A DNA stretch of 62,043 nt, the filler included, from Choristocarpus tenellus KU-1152 (lineage: Eukaryota; Protista; Phaeophyceae), in the NCBI GenBank assembly GCA_964200185.2. It is 10 parts of 10 records of this genome, joined end to end, with 100 filler letters (N's around TTAATTAATTAA, not from the genome) between each part and the next. Parts side by side here need not be neighbours in the genome. Positions count along the whole stretch, not along the records: positions 22,304 to 29,203 come from CAXNAD020007112.1; positions 29,304 to 32,005 come from CAXNAD020025507.1; positions 32,106 to 36,786 come from CAXNAD020013487.1; positions 36,887 to 39,912 come from CAXNAD020022848.1; 6 more parts are not named here. One strand, given 5' to 3'. Positions 24,891 to 37,517 of this stretch are shown here, piece by piece. Both the position numbers and the translations under genes were made by a program. The first letter of the stretch is position 1; the number at the start of each line of letters is the position of its first letter. The notes beneath the pieces are model-generated. The model was not told the origin of the DNA and made no database searches. It was given only the letters and a program-made list of their open reading frames with translations.

Positions 24891-25290
24891 TATTGTTGAG
24901 GTGAGTTTGAAGACCACACTGAATAGGCAAAGAATATTACCAATCATAATAATAATAATACATCTCCAAAATGTCAGGACATAATAGAAAAATAATAATA
25001 GTAATAGCAACGATATGAAAAACAATAATAATGATAAAACCCCAATAACAAAAAGAATAATTACAGTAATATCAATATTTTAGAATGCCAGTATTAATAA
25101 CGAATGTGCACTCTCCAAAACAACACCCCTCCTCATCACTCTGGATAAGAGAGCCATTGAAAACAAATTTAATTACTAGAGCGACATGTTCTAATCACTA
25201 GTTTTGACGGGGGCTATGGTAAGAGCTCGGTGAACACAATACCTCTCCTCACATTTCGAAATCAGTCAATACAAAAACAACTTCACTCAC

Positions 25291-28215
25291 CTCATCTTGA
25301 GTACTCCTAAGTGTGGTGGTGCTGTAGGAGTTGGCCTCAGACATTTGCCTACTATATGAATCTTCCTTGTCTTCCTTGTCTTCTTCTTCTTCTTCTTCCT
25401 CCTCCTCCTCCTCCTCCCTCCGTCCCAGCTCAACCCTACCTCTAGAAGTATCTCCAGCAGTGTGCATCATCACAGTGTCCTGATCATTCTCGTTGGATTC
25501 CTGCACAGAATCCAATGTGTCTCCTGAACCACCAACCCAACCAGCTGCTACGCCATCCTCCGCCACCCCTGAATCTGAGGTAATCAAACGATTTTGTGTT
25601 TCTACTCCCTGCTCCTCATGCCCTAGATTTGAAAGTAGACCGATTCCTTCTTTCATGCTCCAGTTGTCGATGACGCCCTTCCCTTGAAGTGGATCATTCC
25701 CTTCCTCTCTCACCAGATCTCGCCCTCTATTTACTTTGTCCAGTTCTCCTTCCGACACCCCTTCCACCTCCTGCATCTCTATCGCTTTCACTGCCTCCTC
25801 TCCCTGTGGAGATCTAACTTCCTGCATCATGGTTGTTAGCGCCGGTAACTTCTTCCCCTCTGCCACATCCTGTGGCCCGGTGTATGACTCTGCAATACTT
25901 GATTTCCCTTCACTATTAGGCTTGTTGTTTGTGTTCCATTTGGGTTCTTGAACCTTGATTTCCAAGCAGTTTTCGTTTGCTACTGAATCCTCCCCTCCGG
26001 AAGTGGAGGTGTCCTTTACAGCAACAGGTGACCTCGTCTCCTTTGACCTGTTCCTCTGACCGACAGATCCACCTTTTCGACGCCTCTTGGGGGATTTCTT
26101 AGCTTTTTCTAGCTGTTTATTTAACAATTGCACCTCCTGCAACTCACTCTGGGTCACACCAAGCTCTTTTTGAAGTCTTTCATCCAAGGCCAGGGATTTT
26201 GCCAAGGTTTGGGGTGGGAGGTGGGGAAGGAATTACCTCTGGCGAGGACAGAGGGTACTGGAATTTACAGGTCAAGACGTTATGTGATGAATTTGTGTTT
26301 GCACTTACCCTTCGAGGGGGCGGAGAGGTTTAGAGCAAGGGTTGTGGTCAGGGTTACCCAATAGAAGTTGAAGGGTTTATGGAGGATGACAGTGTTGATG
26401 AGAAGATTGCATGTATTCGAGGACACTCCCTCTGAAAAGCACCAAGAAAATCAAATCAGTCCACGAAAGCATTGTGCATGTTCCTTCTTGATGCCAAAAT
26501 GCATCTCAGTATGGTCCCACCAAATGTATATATGTGAGTGTTTCTTTCTACACCTATTAGAAAGAAGATATAACGGCCCTGGACCCAGCCCCGAGCTATG
26601 TTTGGCTGCAGCGACATGTATCTAAAGATAGCTATGTGTAACACAAGGTACGGCACAGACTGGGCATTCCTTCTCCTTGCCATGCAGGTACACAATGTTC
26701 CGTAAGATTCAGACTCATGTATGAGTGGGAGTCCATCTTGCTCTGATGAAAGGGTATGCACTTCACACTCTCAAATAAAACGCCAACGTAAGAGTACTGT
26801 TGCAAGCAGGAGGGGGAACAGAGTTCACCTTTCGACCTCTCCCTTATACCCCATTGAAACCTCCTGAAGTTTCTCCACCATGAGAATTGCCGCCTGAAGT
26901 TTTTAGGTAGCAGTAAGGGATTTGAAGAACTGACACAATAACAACTTGAAGCCTTCTAATATCAGTGGGGTTGTAGCATGAGGTCGTTGAACCACTTCTT
27001 CGATTGATTGGTGATTGTTGGAGCATTGCTCACAGGTGTGGGCTATGTACGAGGGGTACAGAGTCAATGGTATGTTCAGCTTTTGGGAGAGCACGACAGT
27101 TCATCAGTGCGACATGGAAAGCCTGAGTACAGTGCTATATGCATTCTCTGTGTAGAGTTAGAAGTATCTTGCTGTGGTGCCAACATCCGGAGCATAGTTA
27201 TTACAGGGTAAATGAATCTTGTTGGTTTTGAGTCAGGGTCAGGTTCGTTCTGACTTGAAATTGATATAGGCTTATCCTAGAGGTGCAATGGATGTACCTC
27301 TTCATACCAAGTCTCTCCCCTGCATCCATAAGGTTAGAGGCACCATTCACAGGGCAAGGTGTCAAGTATGATAGGGTTAGGGTTAGGGTTAGGGTTAGGG
27401 TTAGGGTTAGGGGCTATACTAGATAAACGGTTCGTGTGTTTTGTGCTTACACCAGAGGAATGAGAAGAGGGGACACTAGTTGGGTGCTTGAGATACTGGG
27501 TTACGGTAAGGGCTTGGGAAAGGGGCTGAGGTTAGGGCTAAGGAATAGGGGAAAGAAAAGAGTCCGGAAACTTGAGCGATGGAAAGGGATGGGGTAAATG
27601 TCTACATGGTACATTTTGTAGTCCTAACAACACAAAAGAGCAAATATTGTGAGGATGTACCCCCGCGTACAGAACCATGGTGACAGGAGGTGAAGCGGGT
27701 CTCCCCTATCTCAGACAGTTGAGACACAGATCTATTGCCTCTATCTTTCTTTCAGACAACATTGCTGGTGCGTTTACCTGAGTCTGACCGAGAGGATGGC
27801 CAAGCTCGTCAACGCAGACAATGTCGAGCCCAACCTCCTCCACCGTGTTGTGAATGGAAGTGGTGACCAAGCGCAACTCTCCATATTCGTCCTTGAGTCT
27901 CTGTCCTTCCGCTTTCGTCCTCTCAACCTTGCCGTGGAGTTATTCATTCCAAGGGTTGTTACAAACTTTTATAATGTGGCTGACAGGTAAGGGGGAGGTT
28001 GCAGAGTGTATTGCGTTTGTCCTATATTGGCTGAGGGGTCGTGATCGTCCAACCACTGCTATTGGTGCAAAAGTTGCTTTTCGGATCATGCGTGTTACGC
28101 ACCCCTCGGTCTGAGCGGGTACTAAAAAGGCTTCTATTGTGCGAACAGGCTGGGAATCATCCTCGTATGCTTCTGCAGCACCTGTGTGTCCAAGCGCGTT
28201 TAAATTTCGGTGCAT
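25291..28215 (-). CDS. Unknown coiled-coil protein with a long acidic disordered region. Exons 28215-28123, 27927-27778, 26893-26829 and 26176-25291; 3' end not resolved
   Basis: Phase-consistent GT-AG chain: ...IEAFL|VERTKAEGQRLKDEY...GQTQ|AAILMVEKLQE...VER|LQKELG... Confidence 0.65.
27373..27411 (+). repeat. Interstitial (TTAGGG)n array, intronic
   Basis: About 6 units. Confidence 0.9.
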
Positions 28216-29139
28216 GCACCCTCAAAGATGTAGAGGAGCGACCTAGGATCGATAAGGGGATGCCCACAAAATGTCAACTAGCTCTTTGTCACGTGTTTTG
28301 AGGGACACCATCTCAAATCGACCAGATGAATAAACTAGTGGGAAATGTAGGCGCAGTACATATCAGAACAGATTTATAAAACAGTAGATGTAATGACTTC
28401 GAAGAGCAGCCATGTATGGTGCAGACAAACACTGGAGCTTACCGTGGACGCATGGAAAAACTCAAACTCAAACAAAGCACACGCAGGAACAATTTTGTTT
28501 CAGAACACAGTCTGACGAAATTATTGTTGCCCAATGAGGAGATGGGAGCTTCTTATGAGCACCCAACATGCGCGGTTCACGACGATGGTCGACCAATCAA
28601 AATGCAACATAATATTTTTTTGTTTAACCCCGATGAATCCAAACGCAACACTGTTTGATACTAAGAAGTTACTTCAAGCGCTTGCTGTACCGGCTCTTCT
28701 TGCACTTGAGACTTTTTTTAGGAAAGGCTAGATAGTGGACGCAAAAAAAAATATTGAGATACGTATGCAAGGTCCTACGTTTGCGGACGCAGATTCTGTT
28801 CTTAAATTTATCAAATTGAAGAAAACTTCCTCCCTTAGTCATGACACGTTTTTACTGAGCTGAGTTAGGAGGGCAGGGAAAAGAACTTCAAAAAAGGGAC
28901 GAATGATGCTAGGCATGAGGGGTTGGGAGGTGTTGCAGGGTCAACACATCCCTCTTGATTCATTGTGACCTCTAGGCTATACTATTGGCCTAGATATGGA
29001 GCTTCGTCCCAGGTACCCCTAGGCACTTCCTCTTGGATATTTATTTATTACGATATATTATGCATCCAGCATTTTCTCAAGGCATTACTGTTCATTTTTG
29101 TTTTTTTTACTTGATTTTTTTTTTTTAATACTGATATCA

Positions 29140-29203
29140 GACTGAAAGTATCTTAGAGGGTACGAGTTTTGCCCTGTTTGTCCATTTGGGGCTTGGCTTC
29201 CCA
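29140..29203. mobile_element. MITE family A, truncated at the contig end
   Basis: Left TIR plus internal sequence matching 23845 onward. Confidence 0.85.
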
Positions 29204-29340
29204 NNNNNNNNNNNNNNNNNNNNNNNNNNNNNNNNNNNNNNNNNNNNTTAATTAATTAANNNNNNNNNNNNNNNNNNNNNNNNNNNNNNNNNNNNNNNNN
29301 NNNCGGATCTGGGGCGGAAATGGGCGGGGGCCGCAAGTTC

Positions 29341-29511
29341 GTGGGGGGGGGGGGGGGGGGGGGTCTACACAAGGGCGTCCAATTCAGGCCCTGACCAGGA
29401 AAGGTGCACGACATTATCCTTCCAACAGATGCAACCAAATAACACAAAATTGGGACATGGAAAAATAGGGTCCCAAATGGACAGCCGCCACCTCCCCCGG
29501 ATACTTTAAGC
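29341..29511. mobile_element. MITE family E copy
   Basis: Aligns with 1-158. Confidence 0.7.
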
Positions 29512-29539
29512 CAGTGACTACTAAGAACACCTTCATCAG

Positions 29540-30600
29540 CCACTGTGAGGCATTGGATCCTTCAGTCCAACGTCAGCAGATTAAGTCGCTCACGCAATTT
29601 AGTCTTATTTATATTAGACTTTGGCTCATAGTGCTCAGTCACTGGTTCCACCTGTATAGAGAGGAGGAGAGGTTGACCAACAAGTCAGACATCCACAAGT
29701 CAGGCTTGCAGAGCAAGCATGGGAACAGTTTGCCAGAAAGATAGTGTCATATTGCTGGAAACGATTTCGACTCTCTGAACTCTATTTGACAAGTGTTAAG
29801 CCTATATTCAATGGAGTTGCTGGTGGGCTAATGTTTCACCTCTTTGTCTGTCGGTCGCCTCTCCATTTCATGACATATGTCTAACTCGAATACTGTAGGC
29901 TCCATGTGATGATTGGAGGGTTGGTTAACCACTTCAATGATCTCATTGTCCAGGGTTTGCACAGCTTTGTTCAGTTCCACCTTGTTGAGCATGCGGTAAC
30001 AACAAAACGAAGTTTATTCAACATACCGAAGGATAGTACATATAATCAATAATACATGCAATATTGACTCTGAATATCAATACTGAATCATAAAGTTGTT
30101 TCCACATGTTGCTACAGGTGGACAATCTCAACAGACAGGATTAAGGAGATCCACCAAAGCACAACCGCAATGGTGAGAGATGCAAAGTTCAGGCTCGGAA
30201 TCTAAGAAGTGTTCAGTATAAGTTGTCGAAAAAGAAGAGCGAGTTGATTAGGCTGTGACAAATGGACCAGCGAAATATTCAAATTCGCAGGAGATGATGT
30301 AGGAGCATTAACAACCAGTGACCACAGCGAAGAAATCAGTAGCGTGAGCACATTGTATATATTGACCAATAGTGGGATGATTAGTTCAGGTCAATCGCAA
30401 CGGGGCACTCATCGTAGAATGGTGTGGGTACAAGGATGCATATATGCACCTGGTCATAGTTGTACCGAGCAAACATTATGGGGAGGGTATACACATAGAG
30501 TATGCTGTATTGTTTAATTTTACTAGTTTTAAAAAAATGTGGGAAATGGGATGAAGTGGAATAGTGACTGTAGGGGCAGTGCATGGGGTGAATTAAAGTG
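29540..30600 (-). pseudogene. hAT-like transposase relic (C-terminal dimerisation region)
   Basis: TLSFWQ...QVE...NKTKLRERLNLLTLD resembles the hAT pattern FW...ERxFS...KTKLRxRL...LD. Upstream extent uncertain. Confidence 0.45.
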
Positions 30601-30619
30601 AAAATGGAGTGATATTTGA

Positions 30620-30802
30620 GGGTCAAAGTATCTTGGGGGAGGGGGTGTCGGCGTCCGTTTTTCACACATTTTTCGATTTTCACTTTTTTCGTGTGATTTA
30701 GTTGCAAGTGTCGGATTTGAAAGGTCAGCAAAAAAAAGAATTGTTTGACCGAAACGGATGTCCCGTCAAAACCCACCCCCCCACCCCCAGATACTTTGAC
30801 CC
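30620..30802. mobile_element. MITE family D (~183 bp)
   Basis: TIR GGGTCAAAGTATCT(T/G)GGGG, flanked by TTGA on both sides. Confidence 0.8.
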
Positions 30803-31417
30803 TTGACTAGGAATAGTTGGACTGTTTAAAGTTAGCCTGGGAGCCACTAAGAAGAATGCGCATCTTGCTGATTCCATCCAGATAACTTCAATATAAATTT
30901 ATCATGTCCCAGACTACTCATCGGCAGCTGTTGTCATGACCGGAGGAATATAGATGCCACACGTCTCACTCCTTCTGCAGAGTAACCCATCTAAACTAGT
31001 CACTAGCAGATCATGCGAAGCGCTGATGCCAATAATGTATTAGTGATGTCTAAGCACTGGATTGATCCCTGACTAGGTTTGGACCGTGGAGTTGACAATA
31101 TGGGTATAACACAGACATACGATTTAGGTGATATTCAAGAACCTTCCAAGGTGAGAGAAGCCTAGGAACTTATAACGATAGAGGGGGAGGGGGGGGGGGA
31201 GAAGGACAGCATTCAGATACTGCTTATCAAGCCAGCCCAAATCTTTTGAAGTCCTTAGTACTACTGTTTTTATCTCCTATCATCCAGAGTTCCTGAACTG
31301 AGTAGCACTTGAAGGTGCAAAGCTTCACACGTAATGCAGATATAAGGGTTGTGTACGTCAAATCTGTCGAAATACAAATGAAAGATAAGGGAGTCGCCAA
31401 GGTCGGGTATACAATGG

Positions 31418-31819
31418 GAGTCAAAGTAAGCTAGAGGTACCCAGAGTTGCATTTTAAGGATGCTGACGAATATGTGCAAAATTCGGACTTTGGTTTTTTA
31501 CAGGTATCTATCTGATATTTTCTGAATTGTGTCAATTTTTTTCAAACAAAAGAAAAATCAAAGAGTCAAAGTATCTTAGAGTGTAGAGCCGCTTCCATTT
31601 GGGGAAAAAATCCTATGTTGCAATTTTGATGTAATTTTGGGTACCGTGTTTTGTTAGGAAGTGTCAATATCCTTGTTCCGGGCACACCTTTTCATAACAT
31701 ACACATTTTACCTACCCTGAAGTTTCGGAGTAGGTAAAATGTCATAAAATACCCATGGGTAGCCAAGCCCCAGACGGACAAACAGGGGAAAACTCGTACC
31801 CTCCAAGATACTTTTACTC
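31418..31819. mobile_element. MITE B end (31418-31562) followed directly by, probably interrupted by, a complete MITE A (31563-31819)
   Basis: Both TIR types are recognisable. The MITE A flanks are AAA and GAA. Confidence 0.75.
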
Positions 31820-31904
31820 GAAGTTCTGAAGTCAAACTTAGTGTGCAATATAGACTGATAGTTTATATGGTTTATACCCATTTAGTGAACACCACTAGAT
31901 AACA

Positions 31905-31985
31905 GGAATGTTGGCTAAGTGGAACAAGTGGCATGGACTTGTGTTATTGTGTGTGAAGTAATGAGTTCGAATCTCAGATATTCGG
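31905..31985 (+). pseudogene. tRNA-like sequence (pseudo-tRNA or SINE head)
   Basis: A-box-like TGGCTAAGTGG, B-box-like GAGTTCGAATCTC, and a GGAATGT/ATATTTC acceptor-like stem. No clean anticodon arm. Confidence 0.4.
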
Positions 31986-32919
31986 TTTCTTATCACTTGA
32001 TATATNNNNNNNNNNNNNNNNNNNNNNNNNNNNNNNNNNNNNNNNNNNNTTAATTAATTAANNNNNNNNNNNNNNNNNNNNNNNNNNNNNNNNNNNNNNN
32101 NNNNNGGGGGGGGGGGGGGGGGGGGTGGGGTGGCTGGGGTTGGGGCGTGTGGTGTTCGGATGTGGGGGGGGGGGGGGGTACTCTGAAGTGTATATATACC
32201 ATACCCACACTGCTGAAGAGACCCTTGCACCTCCAATACTACTATCTGCCGATGGTCGGATGTTTTAAGTGTCTAAAGTCAATCCTCGCAGTCATAAACG
32301 TATATATGTGTGTGTGGTACTGACATGGACTCTTGTACCAGAAGAAGGTGGGAGCAATCAACAAACATAACAAAATATTGTTGATCATGAGTGAGTTCCA
32401 AAATATACTCTACTACCCTCCTTGGCAATGCTCAACCATCTCCTCCCTACCCATCTCCAAAGGTTTAAGAGATACCATCATGAAGTAACTCCAAAAAGGT
32501 GAACACGAAGTCCTAAAACAGTATCACATTCATTGTTACATCATATTCATTGTTATTTTCCCTTCAACACAGTAGCAAGTATAGTCAGTAGAGCAAGCCT
32601 CCAGCACACACCACTACCACAAACCTGCTACGAGTTGTGTGCATGGAGGAAGATGGTCAACCAAATACTCCACCCAAAATTTCTTCTCACTAGGTACACT
32701 TCAACAGCAAAAAAAAAAGCATTGGACAAACACACAGAGGAACACCAAGAAAAAATGCATACAACAAACACCTCCCACTTAGTCTCAGAAAAGACCTATG
32801 TGAGAGAGCTCAGCCCAGCAAGACAACCTCACACCTCAAAGTGGTCCTCTTCAACCACCAGCAAGATATTGACAATCACTAGGCATTAACAACAGGGAGG
32901 GGGTGAGGACACAACTCAC

Positions 32920-35234
32920 CTATGTGCCACCAGTACCACTGTTGTCCTCCCTGCCCCCTTCCTCATCAGACCATCGAGGGCCTCTTGCACTAGCCCCTCT
33001 GACTCAGAGTCCTGCCCAAAACAAAAAGGTATACCTTACTTATGATGTGGGTTTTCATTCATGGCTAGGGGTGGGGGATGTGAGAGGAAACAGCTCTTAG
33101 ACAAGTCAACGATATATCACGCCTTAAAGCTATCTTCTTACTGGATACTACAAATATATTGGAACATACTCTTGAGGGTGAGTTCTCATAAAATAACCCA
33201 TAAACAATTGCTTCAAAATTGCATCACCAATCCTTCAACTCCTCTACCCTACTTCATCGACTGCTTTTGTGTTGGTGTCAGATATTGTTACTCCCTTTAG
33301 AGATGTCGCACCCTAACCCTAAGCAAGACCTGGGGCCAAACACTACTAGTCTTGTTTTAATCTCAACTCAATTATGCTTGTGGCAACAGATTCAGATAGA
33401 GTGCAAATGCTTGTTCACCACATACCACCTCAAGGGCCTGCTGCTCAGATACTATGTCCAAAAGAGAGAGTTACAAACAATACAATAGTCATGGATTAGA
33501 CCCTTGAGTCCTCTACTAAAAGTAACTTAATAATAATAATAATAATAATGTCCTGGCAGATAAAAGGCACACCTCTTGAAAGCATATCATCAACTGTTCT
33601 TCCTCCGGAATGACAGAGGAAAAAAGCATTTACCCTCTCATACCATTTAATCTCTTCTCCCCCCAAGCAAGCGCTACACAGGCACAAAACCACAAATCAT
33701 CATCTTAATCACACACACGACAGCGTATAGAGGGGTTTAATAAACACACTTCTCACACCACCATCTTGCACTCACCAAGGCAGAGGTGGCCTCATCCAGG
33801 AGCAGGATTCGAGGATTTCGCAGCAAGGCCCTTTTGTGTTCCAAAATCGTTATACCGTCAGGTCATACCATTTCAAACGTTTGGAGCGATTTGGAAAAGG
33901 TCATTTTGCGTGAATGTCACAACAGGGAGTGTGACATTCACCGGTGGAGGTTGCAATGTATTCCGACACAGAGTGTAATGCTTCCACATCTGCACAAGAT
34001 GAAAAACAGCAGTGGATGGGCCCCCTAAGCTACAGCCCGTAATGATGCTGGTGGCGATTTTCTCCTAGGGTCTAGTCTCAGACTATCGGTGCTAGCGATC
34101 CTGCACATCTGGTTTCCCCTCAATAATACTACTTCTCTCTCTCTCTCTATATATATTTTTTATGTTTATCAATCAACCAATCACGTAAACCTTCATTTTT
34201 ATATTTTTCTGCATTTCGTTTTTGCATCGTCTTTTTATTTTATTTTATTACCTTTGGCCACTCATACTGGTTCTCGAGACAGCTCATACTCAGAAGGCGC
34301 TAGCCGCAATTCAACAGCGAACACACTCTCTTTCTACCATGAACAGGATTGTAGCAGTCCCCCAAAAGGAACAACTACTTCTCAGACAAATCACAAAAGC
34401 ACATCGCTGCCCACAACAGGAGAGACCTTTGCACAATGCAATGAACACAATACAAAACATAATAACTCTTGAGGTGCAACCTCCACATCACTTGCCTTCC
34501 TTCAAAACCTGTTGTCAGGCAAGAGGCGTTTTATTTTTTTTCAAATACTATCACCCTAACCCTAACCCCATCCTCACCAATATTGAACCAAGGACTACCG
34601 AGACATTGGAGGTTAAAGAATGCTCCAAAACTGTATAACCCAATCAATCTACACATCAGGGCGATATGCCTTGAGAGTATGAGCATAAAACAGATCACTC
34701 GTTGCAAGCAGTATGTCTATCATAAAGCAGAACAACAGAGCCTCTACTACAGTCACACCATAACCCTAGGCCCAGAGCGGAGCCCTTCTCATTCTACTAC
34801 GCAAAACCGTAGTAGGGTTAGGGTTATGGAGACTTGCCACGATTTTCATGTCCCTGATTGACTTGACTGACTCAGAGTGGTTCAATGTTTGTACCTACAG
34901 TATGCACACACCGTTGCATACAACCTTTCTATAAAAAAAATCCAGATTCCCCCCCCCTCCCCCCCCCAAAGTTGTGCTCAAAAGGCTGGGCCGACCTTCA
35001 TATATATATATATATTAAAATTTGAGCGGGTTTGGAGAGTCTTCAGCCTGTGAGTTACAATCACCCACAGCTTATCTTTTAGCAATGACTACAACCACCT
35101 TATAAACGACAGAGTTAGACCTCTTCCTTCAACTAACTTGTGAGTCATCCCACTATACCTGGCTATGGCCACTCGCTGCTTCTGACCACCGCTCAGTCGG
35201 GTGCCCCTCTCTCCAACCCGAGTCTGGTAACCAT
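32920..35234 (-). CDS. ABC transporter (ABCB/MDR-TAP subfamily) nucleotide-binding domain, partial. Exons 35234-35159, 33830-33776 and 33011-32920
   Basis: [25 protein letters not shown]|[18 protein letters not shown]|[16 protein letters not shown]...[10 protein letters not shown] contains the signature, Walker B, D-loop and H-loop. Phases match. Confidence 0.95.
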
Positions 35235-36912
35235 CTGCAGTAGCACAGAAAGTTCGTTTAAATTTGGGAGGGGGGCACAGAAGGTGGGGGGATAATAAGG
35301 ATCGGATTATTGGCAGGATTTATTTTTTGTTTTTCCTCACTACACCGACAACATCAAAATGTATACCTTTTTCTTGTCAATGAAATGCCATGTTCTCAAA
35401 CCTGTCATAACAACACGATAATAAATAGTCAAAAGGGTGAAAACAACTCCAACAATGCCAAGGTGGACTGTAATAAATAACGAGAAGATTGTTGTGAACT
35501 GTGCCAATAAAAGGTACACTTGTCCTCCCATTTCTCTGGTACCATGTGCCTCCTCATGTCACGGAAAAGCCATCCAAGATGTCGAAGCAGAGGCAAAAAG
35601 GGGTTGAATGAACACTTCACGAAGTGAAGCGTATACCCACATAGGGTTAGGGTCAGGAATGAATTAACAACTCAATGCCTACGTTTTAAATAATCACTAC
35701 ATCAACAGGATAAAGCAAGGAATAGGGTTACGGCCAAGGGAGGGTTCCCATTGCCTGCCAAACAAACAAACACGTGGTTTAAAGCTTATTCCCTGCATTT
35801 AAATGCATTTAAACAAACACATCCACCACACACATCAAGAACCTCTATATTTCAATCAACACGTCCCGTAAGTACACTGAAACGAAAACCAACGCAGAAA
35901 CGGTTTTAAAAACGGAAAGTACACTGTAACCTGTCAGAGCCCAATCAATGCTATTCTTTCATCTATGCCCGGCGAATGCCACTCCTTGCACACTAAAAAA
36001 AAATATTCCAACACGATACCCCAAAAGCAACACTGCCCTGCAACAGTGCATTGAAGAGACATCTCAATAGCGAGCTCAAGACCAAGGTGATAGGATTCAA
36101 GCACTTTTCACTACTGGAGAGCATAGACAGGGGACTACCACTGACATACCAATTTACAAATATGTATGACTATCCTACACGATAAACAAATCTAAGATGC
36201 ATCCATGGGCACATTCCCATCAGAAACAAAGGACACAAGGCACACCTAAAAGCAACGGACTTAGGATACAAAACAAAAACCAGCTACTGCTCTCTCTGCA
36301 CAGCAACCTCTTCCCAGAGAATTGAGAACATCAAAGTTAACCACGGTTTGAGAACACATAACTCCATTCCAGAAAAAAATGTGTAGAAGGCAATGTTCTG
36401 AACAACAGACAATTTCTTATGACTCCTAAAGGACCAAATAACCTTTTAGCTATTTATTTCCTAACAACATAAGAAGGCAAGACACGAGAAGTGAAGGCAA
36501 GCACTGTTCCAACAACATCATTAGCCACAAGCCTAACGATTAGCAGTGGACATCATAGAACAACTGCCCCCCAATGCTTGTCATGGCGACAGGCGCCACG
36601 TAGCATTGACTGTAGCAATGACTAACATCCTAGGGTAACACCAGCAATGAGTACTATACTTGTACTGTAAATTCATCTTGCTTTTGTTGGCATTCGTACT
36701 TACCCATATTAAGTTCGAATTTAGGGGAAAGGACCACCATGTGTGAGTAATCCCCCCCCCCCCCCCCCCCCCCCCCCACGGTTCCCNNNNNNNNNNNNNN
36801 NNNNNNNNNNNNNNNNNNNNNNNNNNNNNNTTAATTAATTAANNNNNNNNNNNNNNNNNNNNNNNNNNNNNNNNNNNNNNNNNNNNCCCCCCTCCCCCAG
36901 ATACTTTGGGTC

Positions 36913-37240
36913 AATGTTTTTCACATTTGTGACAACTGTTACTTCTTTAGGGATTATTATGACATGTGAATAGTTTTCATTAGTTTTTCCCGACACATCT
37001 GCAAAATGTCAGATGGCATAATAATAAGACAGGAAAAAATGTGTAAATGATCGGTACAGTTGTGTTCAAAACAAGACTCGTTGTATTCGATTTTTAGGGG
37101 GGTTCTGTCCTCTCTTATCACTCTCCATTGAAACCAACTATAAAATCAACTACTTGTACGTAATTTTTCTGCCAAGTCTTACACGAGTTGAAGTCTCTCC
37201 AATATACACACCTGGAAAATGTCAGAGGGTATAATAATAA
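36913..37240 (+). mobile_element. Two RLE-LINE 3' ends (36913-37027 and ~37205-37240)
   Basis: ACACATCTGCAAAATGTCAGA.GG.ATAATAATAA motif. Further tails at ~8190-8228, 9571-9615, 24958-24985, 40013-40045 and 57738-57780. Confidence 0.7.
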
Positions 37241-37517
37241 AACAATAATTGTACACTGCTGATCGATGTATGTGTGAAGGGAATATTAAATGGTGGGCTA
37301 TACTATTATACTGCAGATACGACGGTGAATATGACGTATCATTGAAATATGTCAAGTAGGAGACGGTCTATCAGATATCACAACAGCACCGTTCAGGACT
37401 CACTGTAGAAGCGACCCTAACAATAACACAATAAAGATTAGAAGGGGTTGGGTAACATGCAAAATCCATACAGACGGGATAATCAGGGAGGAGGGTATCC
37501 ACACTTCCTACACTTAC

